Source of the DNA: an uncultured delta proteobacterium
Lineage (GTDB): Bacteria; Myxococcota; Myxococcia; Myxococcales; 40CM-4-68-19
Assembly: GCA_903911145.1 (NCBI GenBank)
Contig: CAIWCD010000025.1
Span: forward strand, 3,891 to 67,890
Direction: 5' to 3'
Length of the DNA: 64,000 nucleotides
Below are positions 9,645-18,530 of this stretch, in pieces; the first letter of the stretch is position 1; the number at the start of each line of letters is the position of its first letter. The notes below the pieces were generated by a model that was given only the letters and a program-made list of their open reading frames with translations, did no database searches and had not been told where the DNA came from. The translations under genes and the position numbers were made by a program.

Positions 9645-12600
9645 TCAGACTTCCTGCGGCCGCGTCCGGGCAGTCAACGACTGCGCCAGATCGATCGGCA
9701 ATCTGTCTCGCACGCTCGCCGCCACGAGCAGCTGCTCGACCAGCTTGAGATCGACAGGCTTGGCCATGCAGGAATCAAATCCCGCGGCGAGAGCCCTCAA
9801 TCGAATTGGTTCACTCGTGGAGGCAGTCAGCGCGATGAGCAGCAGCGAATGCCCCAACTCCGCGCGCACCTGCTTTGCGACCTGAAAGCCATCCAGGCCA
9901 GGCAACCCGAGGTCGACAATCGCGACGTCCGGCCTCGTGGCAAGAATGAGCGCGAGCCCTTCCCCGCCATTCCGCGCAGACTGGATCCGTTGTCCCCGAT
10001 TCGCGAGCCTCAGACGAAGGAGGTCGCGCAGTTCGTCGTGGTCATCAACGAGCACGATCGACGGCAGGTCGGCCTCGACTGGCGGGGCCGCGATGTCCGC
10101 CGCATCACGCACCGGCTCCAACGGCACAGGGGTTCCAACAGCGATTCCTGATCCCACGCGCGCCAGGAATGCCGAGAGATCGTCCATTCGTTCGCGCACG
10201 CCGTCGATATCACCCTTGGCCGCCGACTGTTCCAGCGCGTTGCCGATATCCGAAATGATCTGGAATCCAAAGCTCGCGCCGGCACCGCTCATATCGTGCC
10301 CCAGACGCTCGACCGTCTCGAAATCACGCGACTGCAACGCAATCCCCATCGTGATGAGATCGTGCCTTCGATTCTGCAGAAACGCTGGCACCCGCGCTGC
10401 CAGCTTGGGATGGATTGCACCTCTTCGGCCCTTCTGCTCCTGCGCAGGAAGGACCGTCACCCTGGCGTTTTCCCGAATTGCCAGCAGCAGAGCCTCTTGT
10501 TTAATCGGCTTGGTCAGGAAGTCTGTACAGCCAGCAGCCAGACATTTTTCCCGGTCTCCCTTCAGCGCCGCAGCCGTCAACGCGATGATTGGAGTCGCAG
10601 GCCGGTGGTGTGCCTGCTCCCAGGCGCGGATCGCCCGCGTTGCCGCGAGTCCATCCATGACGGGCATCTGCCTGTCCATCAGAACCAGATCATATCCTCC
10701 GACCGCAAACATATCGCAGGCAATGGCGCCGTTCTCTGCGATCTCCACTCGATAAGGCGTATCCTGCATATAGGCAATTGTAATGGTGCAGTTATCCGGG
10801 GAGTCCTCGACGAGCAGGATCTTCAGCGCGCGCAGCGGCAACTCTGGATCGAGACCAATCGGAGCGACCGCACGGGGATTCGCCTCGGCCCAGACCTCAA
10901 ACGGGACGATGAATGAAAACACGCTCCCCTTCCCCACGCTGCTCTCGACAGAGATATGCCCGCCCATCAGTTCGACCAATCGCTTCGAAATCGTCAGTCC
11001 AAGGCCAGAGCCGCCGAATCGTCGGGTCGTCGAGGAGTCGGCCTGCGTGAATCGCTCAAACACGCGTCCGAGCTTGTCGATGGGAATGCCAATTCCCGTG
11101 TCCGTAATCGTGAAACGCAGTGCAAAGGGAAGGCCCGGCTCGCCGTCGAGAGTGACCAGCAGGGATACCTGCCCCACCTCGGTGAATTTGATCGCGTTGC
11201 CGATGAGATTCAGCAGCACCTGGCGCAAACGGGTCGGGTCGCCCACCAACTCCGTCGGCACGTCCGGTGCGACGTCGCTCAAGAGGATCAACCCCTTCCC
11301 GCGCGCACGCAGGGCGACCATTTCAATCACCTTCTCCAGAAGATCTCTTAATGAAAACCCGGTCCGCTCCAACTCGAGCTGGGAGGCTTCCACCTTGGAC
11401 AGATCGAGAATGTCGTTAATCAGATTCAGCAGGTTATCGCCGGCGCGCCGGAAGATCTGCACATACTTGTCCTGCTCCGGAGTCAGCGTGGTCTTCGCGA
11501 GTAGATCAGCAATTCCAATGATCGCATTCATCGGCGTGCGGATCTCGTGGCTCATGCTCGCGAGAAACTCAGATTTCGTCCGGCTCGCGCTTTCGGCATT
11601 GGCCTTCGCACGCTTCAACTCCTCTTCGACCCGCTTGCCCTCGGTGTCATCGCGCGCGGCCGCGAAGACGCCCTGCAGCGTGCGATTGCGATCGTAGAAC
11701 GTCGTCGCATTGTAGGAGACAACCGTCTCCTTCCCGTCGCGGGCACGGGCGGTCAATTCATAATCGGTGACCTTCTTCTCGCTCAACACCAACCGGATCG
11801 CGGCCTCCGCTCGCTCAGGATCGGTAAAGCAGCCCTTGAATGGCGCACCGATCAACTCATCGCGCGTGCATCCGGTCAGCGCCTCCATCTGCCGATTCAC
11901 GTCGGTGATGATCCCCGACGGATCGGTGGTCATGATTCCATCGATATTCGATTCAATCAGTGACCGTGTATAGAACTGCTGGTCGCGCAGCCGTTGATCG
12001 AGCTTCTTCTGGTCGGCTTCGACAAGCTTGCGTGCGGTGTTGTCGGTTCCAATCAGCAGATATCCGATGATGGCATCCTGCGCGTCGCGCAGCGCCGTGA
12101 CCGACACGACCGCCGGAAAGCGGCTACCGTCCTTGCGGAAGTAGGTCAGCTCGTAGATATCCTCAATCCCACGCGAGGCCTTGAATACCAACGCCTCGAA
12201 GCCTGGCGCGATCGGAGTGCCGAGTTCATCGCTGAGGGATTTTGCGCGCGCAATCACCTCCTCGGGATCGGAGATATCTGCGGGCGTAATCTTGTTCATG
12301 ACCTCGGCCGCCGCGTATCCAAGCATTCGCTCAGCGCCGACGTTGAAGATCTGAATCACTCCTTTTGCATCGGTTGCGATGCTCGAGAAGTTCGCGCTGT
12401 CGAAGATTGCCTTCTGCAACGCGCCGGCCTTGAGGAGCGCATCTTCCGCCTGCTTGCGCGCGCTGATATCTCGCAGAATGCCGGTGAAATACCCCTGGCC
12501 GCCGAGCATCATTTCGCTTGCGGTGATCTCGATCGGAAAGAGCGTTCCATTCTTGCGGCGTCCGACGACTTCACGACCGAGGCCGCTGGCGCGAGCTTCA

Positions 12601-13802
12601 TCACTCGCTTTGTAATACTCGAGAGAACCATTGAACTTGTCCTGATCCAATTCAGGGATCAACTGGCTGAAGCTCTCGCCAATCAACTCTGACGCTGCAT
12701 ACCCGAACATCCGCTCGGCTGCGGGATTCACCGTCTCAATGATGCCGCCGCGCGCGCGCATTGTGACAATGCCGTCTACGACCGTGTTGAGCACCGCGTG
12801 AATCAACGCTGCGCTGTCGCTCAACGCCTGCTGCGCAGCATACTCTTCAGTGACATCGCGGAACACGAGCACGGCACCAATCACCTGGTCGTCGCGGTTG
12901 CGAATCGGCGCGCAACTATCAGAGATCGCGCGCTCTCTGCCGTCCCGCGATATCAAGACCGTGTGATTGGCTAGGCCCTGCTTCGTGCCCTGCGCCAGGG
13001 TCTCGACGACGGGGATAATCGCGGGCGAGCGCGTCTCCTGATTAATGATGCGAAACACCTCCTCCACCGGCCGCCCGCTCGCATCGGCCTGGGACCATCC
13101 CGTCAGTTGTTCGGCAACCGGGTTGAGCAACATCACGCGCGCCTGGGCGTCGGTGGCAATGACAGCATCGCCGATTGAATTCAGCGTGACGCCGAGCTTC
13201 TCCTCGCTGTTGCGCAACGTGACGTTGGCCTGCTGCAGTTGCCGATTCGTCTCCGCCTGGATTTCAATCAGATGCTGCCGCTCGGCCTCGACCAGCTTGC
13301 GCGCGGTATTGTCGGTGCCAATGAGGAGATATCCGATGATTGCATTCTGGTTATCGCGGAGCGCAGTGACAGAGACCACCGCGGGAAACCGACTCCCGTC
13401 CTTTCGGAAATAGGTCAGCTCGTAGATATCCTCGATCCCGCGCGAGGCTTTGAACACCAGTGCGTCGAACCCCGGCGCGATGGACGTTCCCAATTCCGCA
13501 CTCAGCGCCTTGGCGCGCGCGATCACCTCCTCCGGATCAGAGATATCGGCCGGGGTGATCTTGTTGATGACCTCGGCGGCCGCATACCCAAGCATGCGCT
13601 CAGCGCCGACGTTGAAGATCTGGATCACTCCTTTGGCATCGGTCGCGATGCTCGAGAAGTTCGCGCTGTTGAGGATCGCGCGCTGCAAAGCGCCCGCCTT
13701 GAGCAGCGTCTCTTGCTCTTGTGCATGGGAGCGACGCGCCTCGGCCTCAGAAATGGGGCCGGTTGCCGTCTTCGCCTCGTCGGATTTGATATTCATGCCC
13801 AT
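9645..13802 (-). CDS. Hybrid sensor histidine kinase: 5 PAS-HisKA-HATPase-REC-Hpt-REC
   Basis: H-box FLASMSHEIRTPMN, NLIGNAIKFT, DTGIGI, GGSGLGL, REC MDRQMP, Hpt GHDMSGAGASFG, second REC VDLGLPGLDG. Confidence 0.95.
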   Translation of the reverse strand: MGMNIKSDEAKTATGPISEAEARRSHAQEQETLLKAGALQRAILNSANFSSIATDAKGVIQIFNVGAERMLGYAAAEVINKITPADISDPEEVIARAKALSAELGTSIAPGFDALVFKASRGIEDIYELTYFRKDGSRFPAVVSVTALRDNQNAIIGYLLIGTDNTARKLVEAERQHLIEIQAETNRQLQQANVTLRNSEEKLGVTLNSIGDAVIATDAQARVMLLNPVAEQLTGWSQADASGRPVEEVFRIINQETRSPAIIPVVETLAQGTKQGLANHTVLISRDGRERAISDSCAPIRNRDDQVIGAVLVFRDVTEEYAAQQALSDSAALIHAVLNTVVDGIVTMRARGGIIETVNPAAERMFGYAASELIGESFSQLIPELDQDKFNGSLEYYKASDEARASGLGREVVGRRKNGTLFPIEITASEMMLGGQGYFTGILRDISARKQAEDALLKAGALQKAIFDSANFSSIATDAKGVIQIFNVGAERMLGYAAAEVMNKITPADISDPEEVIARAKSLSDELGTPIAPGFEALVFKASRGIEDIYELTYFRKDGSRFPAVVSVTALRDAQDAIIGYLLIGTDNTARKLVEADQKKLDQRLRDQQFYTRSLIESNIDGIMTTDPSGIITDVNRQMEALTGCTRDELIGAPFKGCFTDPERAEAAIRLVLSEKKVTDYELTARARDGKETVVSYNATTFYDRNRTLQGVFAAARDDTEGKRVEEELKRAKANAESASRTKSEFLASMSHEIRTPMNAIIGIADLLAKTTLTPEQDKYVQIFRRAGDNLLNLINDILDLSKVEASQLELERTGFSLRDLLEKVIEMVALRARGKGLILLSDVAPDVPTELVGDPTRLRQVLLNLIGNAIKFTEVGQVSLLVTLDGEPGLPFALRFTITDTGIGIPIDKLGRVFERFTQADSSTTRRFGGSGLGLTISKRLVELMGGHISVESSVGKGSVFSFIVPFEVWAEANPRAVAPIGLDPELPLRALKILLVEDSPDNCTITIAYMQDTPYRVEIAENGAIACDMFAVGGYDLVLMDRQMPVMDGLAATRAIRAWEQAHHRPATPIIALTAAALKGDREKCLAAGCTDFLTKPIKQEALLLAIRENARVTVLPAQEQKGRRGAIHPKLAARVPAFLQNRRHDLITMGIALQSRDFETVERLGHDMSGAGASFGFQIISDIGNALEQSAAKGDIDGVRERMDDLSAFLARVGSGIAVGTPVPLEPVRDAADIAAPPVEADLPSIVLVDDHDELRDLLRLRLANRGQRIQSARNGGEGLALILATRPDVAIVDLGLPGLDGFQVAKQVRAELGHSLLLIALTASTSEPIRLRALAAGFDSCMAKPVDLKLVEQLLVAASVRDRLPIDLAQSLTARTRPQEV
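12016..13706 (-). repeat. Internal duplication of a PAS/PAC module (~13285-13706 and ~12016-12437)
   Basis: Manual alignment: 131 of 141 aa identical (LLKAGALQ...TARKLVEA). Confidence 0.9.
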
Positions 13803-13957
13803 GCCCCTTCAGACTTCGTGCTCGTCCGGCGGTATTTCGTGCCGGCGACGCAGGGCAGTGGCTCCCTGAACCGATTCGCAAATCAATCCACCTGCAGATT
13901 GTGGAATGCCTCTACTTCATATCCCGCAGCAGCGACGACATATCCTCCGCGGAGCTA

Positions 13958-13973
13958 TTCACCCGCCGTGCCG
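13958..13973 (-). promoter_or_regulatory. Putative sigma54 -24/-12 promoter (variant -12) upstream of the hybrid kinase
   Basis: CGGCACGGCGGGTGAA(TAGC). The same GTGAATAGC variant occurs at 36967-36982. Confidence 0.5.
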
Positions 13974-14058
13974 ACTGCGCTGACGTGCGCCACACAGGAG
14001 AGAGCGGCGAACACAGGGTATCGAAAGCGCGCACTGTGCGTCGTGATGAACGGCGCAG

Positions 14059-14075
14059 AGCGTTCACAGAACGCT
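14059..14075. promoter_or_regulatory. Palindrome AGCGTTC-ACA-GAACGCT (candidate upstream activator site or hairpin)
   Basis: Perfect 7-bp arms, ~95 nt upstream of the -24 element and just downstream of the tamB stop. Confidence 0.4.
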
Positions 14076-14090
14076 TTGCGGAACCTCAGA

Positions 14091-17000
14091 TTAGAACTCC
14101 ATTGTGTACGTCACCATCAGGCCTTGGTTCTTCTCTCCAACCGTCGCGGCCGCGCCGACGCCGCGCACGATCTGGTACTCGATGGTGCCCTCGGTTTCGT
14201 TTTCCGTCGGGCCGGGCGAGAAGCGCTGCCGATAGCCAACGAAGATTCGATCGCCGATGTATTTGCCGACGCTCGCTTCCGGTGGACGATCGCCGCCCGC
14301 GGCCTCGATGTTGACCACGTCGATCGGAATGATGTTCGCCATGCCCTCGCGCAGCTGTCCGAAGAGGAGCGCCCCGACCACGCTGGTGGCCGCGTTGCCG
14401 AGATCGACGCTGCTGCCGACCTGCGTTGCCGTCTCCTGCACCCGTCCTGTCGCGAGGAAGAATGCGATCGCGTTCTGGTCGAGCGGTGGTGTGCTCGAGA
14501 GCTCGATCTGCGGCGCCTGCACGGACCCGGAGACGACCACCAGCACCGAGGCCTGCGCGTTCGCATAGCGCGCGCGAATATCGAGCTCAGGATTCGCGGG
14601 ATCGTCTCCCGACTCGGTGATCGTCGCATGCTCGATGGCGAAGCGTCGGCCGAGAGCCGTGAACATGCCCGCGGAGATCTCGATCGTTCCGTCGGCGTGC
14701 GTCTGATCGGGATGGCGGGAGTCCCATGCCGCGTGCATCTGGCTGGTCAGGGGAAAGTCAAAGTCGGTCGCGCTCACCTGGAGCTTCTCGACGGTGAGGT
14801 TCGCGTCGATTCGCAGATTGCTCTGTGCCGTCGCGAGCTGCTGCCGCTGCATCTCCACGAGATCGATCCCCGCGAGGTGCGGTGTCTCGCCGGGCGTGCT
14901 GAGGAGGATGTCCGGGTTTGGCGGGAGCGAGGGCAACGTCCGATCTGGCAGCGCGGTCACATGCACGGATGAGTCGCGCAGCTTCAACGAGACGATCGTG
15001 CTGCCGGCCGACTGCGTTCCCGCGAACTCGAGCGCGCCCTCGAACTCTGCGCGGACCTCGCCCGCCTGGCGGATGGGAATCGGATGCGCAGCGAGCTGCG
15101 TTGCGTCTGCGACTCTCCTCCCGCGCACCGACTCCGCATCGCCCGCGTGCAGCTCTCCTGCGAATCGATAGAGAGCGTTCGCGCCGCTCTCGCCGGCGGG
15201 CCGCTCGAGCGATGCATTGCCGCTGAACGTACCCCCAGCGATCGATCCAGAGAGCTGCTCGAGTGTGCGCCGCTGCGGTGTGAAGGTGGCATCAAACGCG
15301 AGGTCGTCCCAGATCCCCTGTCCGACGATGTCGACGCTGCCTCGGCGCAGATGGAGCTCTCCTTGCGGGATTGGATTTGCGAGCGGCCCATGCACGAGAA
15401 GAGCGCCGTCGAGAGTTCCCGAAGTGCGGCGCAGCATCGGCGCGAGGCTGGAGAGAATCGTCAGATCGAGTGCGTGAAGCGTCGCGCTTCCCTCGAGAGT
15501 GCCGCTGAGGATTTCACTGGCGCCTCGATCGAGCAGCGAGCGCGCAGAGATCGGAGCGCGCAGCGTCGCCTTGGCCACGAACGAGCCTGCCTCCAGAACA
15601 GTCGCCGCCGACCGCTCGAGGCTCGCATTCGCGCGCGCTCCAGTTCGATCCGCGTCGAGCACCAGCGAGAGATCGCCGAGCGCGTGTGAACCGGCCTGCA
15701 GCGCACGCAGCGTGAACGCGCCGTGGAGCAGTGGCGCATCGGCCGTTCCGCTGCCATCGATAGTTCCATCGAGTTCACCGCGAACCAGCGGCGCGCGCCC
15801 ATCCGCGCTGAGCGTGCCGAGGAGAATCTTCTCGACGTCGAGCCGCAACGAAAGAGCGCGCGCCAGCAACGGCTCGAGCGCGGCGCGAGAACCTCCCGCA
15901 CGTGCGAGCGCGACGAGCTCCCGTGCCGCGACCTTCGCGGCGACCTTCAGCTGCACGCGCGCATCACCGCCTGGCATCGCGTCGAGCTCAAGCTGCAGCG
16001 CCTCTGCGCAGGAGAGATGGAGATCAAGATCGAGCTTCTGCAGCGCACCGAGCGACAGCTGCCGCGCGCTCAACTCGAGCTTCACGCGCGGAGCGCCGAG
16101 GGTTCCCTGCCCGACAACGTGCAGCGAGGCCGTCCCTTGCGGGTGCGCGACGACGAGCTCCGGCCGCTCGAGCAGCGGCGCGAGTTGCGCGAGATCGAAC
16201 GGCGCAAGCGCGACGTCGAACTCGATGGGTGAGTCCATTCGCGCATCGAGGCGTCGCGGAAGGTTGGCGCGCAGAGAGAGCGTCGCCTGGGCGATGCCCG
16301 TCAAGGTCGCTTGCGCGCGCAGCCGGTTGCCGTCGAGCTGAACCGATGCATCGCCGTTGAGGCCGTGCGCGGTCTGCACGTCGACGTCGTGCAGCGAGAC
16401 CTTCGCGCTGAGGTCGGGAGCGCTGAGCAGACCGGCGAACTCAAGCTGCGCGTCGACCGCGCCGCCGAGGTGCAGCGCGGGAGGAAGCGCGAACCCGGGC
16501 AGGCCGGCGAGTTGGAGCTTCTCGAACTCCAGCCTGGCCTCGATGCGAGCTGCCTTCGCGTGCGCTCCCGCACCGCCTGCGGCTTGCACCTGTCCAGCGA
16601 GAGAGATTCTCCCGCGCTCACCTGCGAGCACAAAGGAGTCGAGCACGGTGTCCCTCTCTCGAAAGAGGATCCGCGCAGGCGCTGTCTGCGCGAACGCGGT
16701 GCCCGGCCAGGAGACGCTGACGTCGCGCAAGAGCGCGCCACGGTTGTCTTCGTCGATCTGCGCCGCGCCCGAGAGATGCACGGCGCCGCTCGCAGCCGTG
16801 TCCTCCGCGCGCCCGACATTGACGGTGCCATCCACCACGAGGTGCGCTCGCGGCCACTCGACGCCCGCCGCGATCTGCGGCGAGTCGATCGCGATGCCGC
16901 CGAGAACCACGCGCGTCGCGGCGATCGTGAACGCGCCGCGCGGGCGCGCGATCGGCCCGTGAAGCGCGCCATCAAGAGCCAGCGTCTCGACGCGGAAACC

Positions 17001-18530
17001 CGCACCCAGAGCCATCGCGGGGGATCGAAGATGAAGTTTCGCGGCAAGCGACTCCTTCTCTCCCTCGACGTGGGCCGAGAGGTGGGCCGTTCCGCTGAGC
17101 CCAAGCGAAGGCTTGTGCTGCAGCGCCGCGAGCGAGCGAGAGAAGCGGGCGAGATCGCTTGCGTCGAGCTGCAGGTCGAGTGCGAGCGCATGCAGGCCCA
17201 GCTTTCCGCTGGCACGCACGCGAAGAGCCAGCGCGTCGGCCTCGAGGTTTTCGATCTGCAGCGTATTTCCGCGCAGCACGAACCTCGCCTTGCCCGCGAG
17301 CGGCCCTGCGGCCGCAAGTTGCGCCGGACCCACCGCAACTGCTCCGCTGAGATCTCCATGAGGATCGTCACCCGTGAGATGCGGAATGCCGCGGCCCTGC
17401 AGCTCAAGGGCAAACGAGACGAGGCCCGCCGGGCCGCCGCGAACGAATCGAGAGGGATCGACGTGAGCGCTCGTGAGCTGCAGGCTCCATCGCGGCACAA
17501 CTTCGATCGTGCTGCGCACAGCGAGGTCGATCAGGCCTTCGCGCCCGGCCGTCAGATGAAGCGTCGCGCGAACGTCGCGACCATCCGAATTCAGGTCGGC
17601 CTCGCCGCGTAGCTCAGCCCCGATCGGATTCACCGACGGGCCAAGCAGGGCATCGAGATCAGCCGGCGTGACGAGCAGATCGTGCAGGCGCAGCGCGCCC
17701 GCGAGCGTCGCCAGGTCGAGCGAGCCCTCCGCGGCAGCGCGGCTGTCGCCAAGCTGCAAGTCGAGCGCACGAAGCAGAATGCGACCACCCGCCAGCGTGC
17801 CGTCGAGCTGCGCAGCGACCGAGAGCTTCACCTTCGATTCGCGCGCCAGTCCAAGTTCGAGAGTGAGCGCGAGCTGCGCGGCCGCGCCTGTCGCGGAGTA
17901 GCGCGCGTGGGCAGGTCCGACCTCCAGCGCGTGCAGCGTGAAGGTCGGCGCAGCGCCGGGCTGTGCGCGCAGTTCGAAGGAACCGGCGTGGATCGCGAGC
18001 GCATCAACGATAATCGCATAGGCGAATATCGCGTTCGGCGCTGCCGCGGCTGGTGCTGCACTCCGCGGCGCGAGTGCGCGCTGCAGCGAACTGGTCTTCT
18101 CTCCTGCCGCGCCGACCTCCCGCGTGAGGAAGAGCTGCGGCTTCTCGAGCGCAACGCGCAGCAGATGGATCTCCTTGTGAAGCAGCGCGGGAACGTCGAT
18201 GGAGATGCAGAGCGACTCAACGCGCAGTGCGGGAACTCCATCGGGGTCCGCGAGTTCGAGATCCTGCGCGCACAACTCGAGCGGGCCGCGCAGATGCAGC
18301 GCGCCGATTGAGAGGCGTCCGGCGAGAGCAGCCTGTGCGCGCGTCGACAAGCCGGCGGTGAGCTTCTGTTGGACGCGACTCGTCCGCAGCAGCGCGAAAG
18401 CGATCAAGAGAACCAACGCGGCGCTGCCGACGATCGCGAGCAGGACCCATGCGAGCAGGCGCACTGCGCGCACCGCCCGCGTTCGCTTCGCAGGTTCGCG
18501 CACAGAGGCGACGCCTGGCCCGCGCGACAT
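14091..18530 (-). CDS. tamB: Translocation/assembly module TamB
   Basis: N-terminal TM anchor, long beta-rich body, C-terminal DUF490-like GRRF...NPELDIRA...LSSTPPL...VGKYI. TGATG coupling to tamA puts the start at 18530. Confidence 0.85.
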   Translation of the reverse strand: MSRGPGVASVREPAKRTRAVRAVRLLAWVLLAIVGSAALVLLIAFALLRTSRVQQKLTAGLSTRAQAALAGRLSIGALHLRGPLELCAQDLELADPDGVPALRVESLCISIDVPALLHKEIHLLRVALEKPQLFLTREVGAAGEKTSSLQRALAPRSAAPAAAAPNAIFAYAIIVDALAIHAGSFELRAQPGAAPTFTLHALEVGPAHARYSATGAAAQLALTLELGLARESKVKLSVAAQLDGTLAGGRILLRALDLQLGDSRAAAEGSLDLATLAGALRLHDLLVTPADLDALLGPSVNPIGAELRGEADLNSDGRDVRATLHLTAGREGLIDLAVRSTIEVVPRWSLQLTSAHVDPSRFVRGGPAGLVSFALELQGRGIPHLTGDDPHGDLSGAVAVGPAQLAAAGPLAGKARFVLRGNTLQIENLEADALALRVRASGKLGLHALALDLQLDASDLARFSRSLAALQHKPSLGLSGTAHLSAHVEGEKESLAAKLHLRSPAMALGAGFRVETLALDGALHGPIARPRGAFTIAATRVVLGGIAIDSPQIAAGVEWPRAHLVVDGTVNVGRAEDTAASGAVHLSGAAQIDEDNRGALLRDVSVSWPGTAFAQTAPARILFRERDTVLDSFVLAGERGRISLAGQVQAAGGAGAHAKAARIEARLEFEKLQLAGLPGFALPPALHLGGAVDAQLEFAGLLSAPDLSAKVSLHDVDVQTAHGLNGDASVQLDGNRLRAQATLTGIAQATLSLRANLPRRLDARMDSPIEFDVALAPFDLAQLAPLLERPELVVAHPQGTASLHVVGQGTLGAPRVKLELSARQLSLGALQKLDLDLHLSCAEALQLELDAMPGGDARVQLKVAAKVAARELVALARAGGSRAALEPLLARALSLRLDVEKILLGTLSADGRAPLVRGELDGTIDGSGTADAPLLHGAFTLRALQAGSHALGDLSLVLDADRTGARANASLERSAATVLEAGSFVAKATLRAPISARSLLDRGASEILSGTLEGSATLHALDLTILSSLAPMLRRTSGTLDGALLVHGPLANPIPQGELHLRRGSVDIVGQGIWDDLAFDATFTPQRRTLEQLSGSIAGGTFSGNASLERPAGESGANALYRFAGELHAGDAESVRGRRVADATQLAAHPIPIRQAGEVRAEFEGALEFAGTQSAGSTIVSLKLRDSSVHVTALPDRTLPSLPPNPDILLSTPGETPHLAGIDLVEMQRQQLATAQSNLRIDANLTVEKLQVSATDFDFPLTSQMHAAWDSRHPDQTHADGTIEISAGMFTALGRRFAIEHATITESGDDPANPELDIRARYANAQASVLVVVSGSVQAPQIELSSTPPLDQNAIAFFLATGRVQETATQVGSSVDLGNAATSVVGALLFGQLREGMANIIPIDVVNIEAAGGDRPPEASVGKYIGDRIFVGYRQRFSPGPTENETEGTIEYQIVRGVGAAATVGEKNQGLMVTYTMEF

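Noticed and set aside
13239-14972. 577-aa plus-strand ORF
   Set aside because: Antisense shadow of the kinase and tamB, Arg-rich with no motifs.
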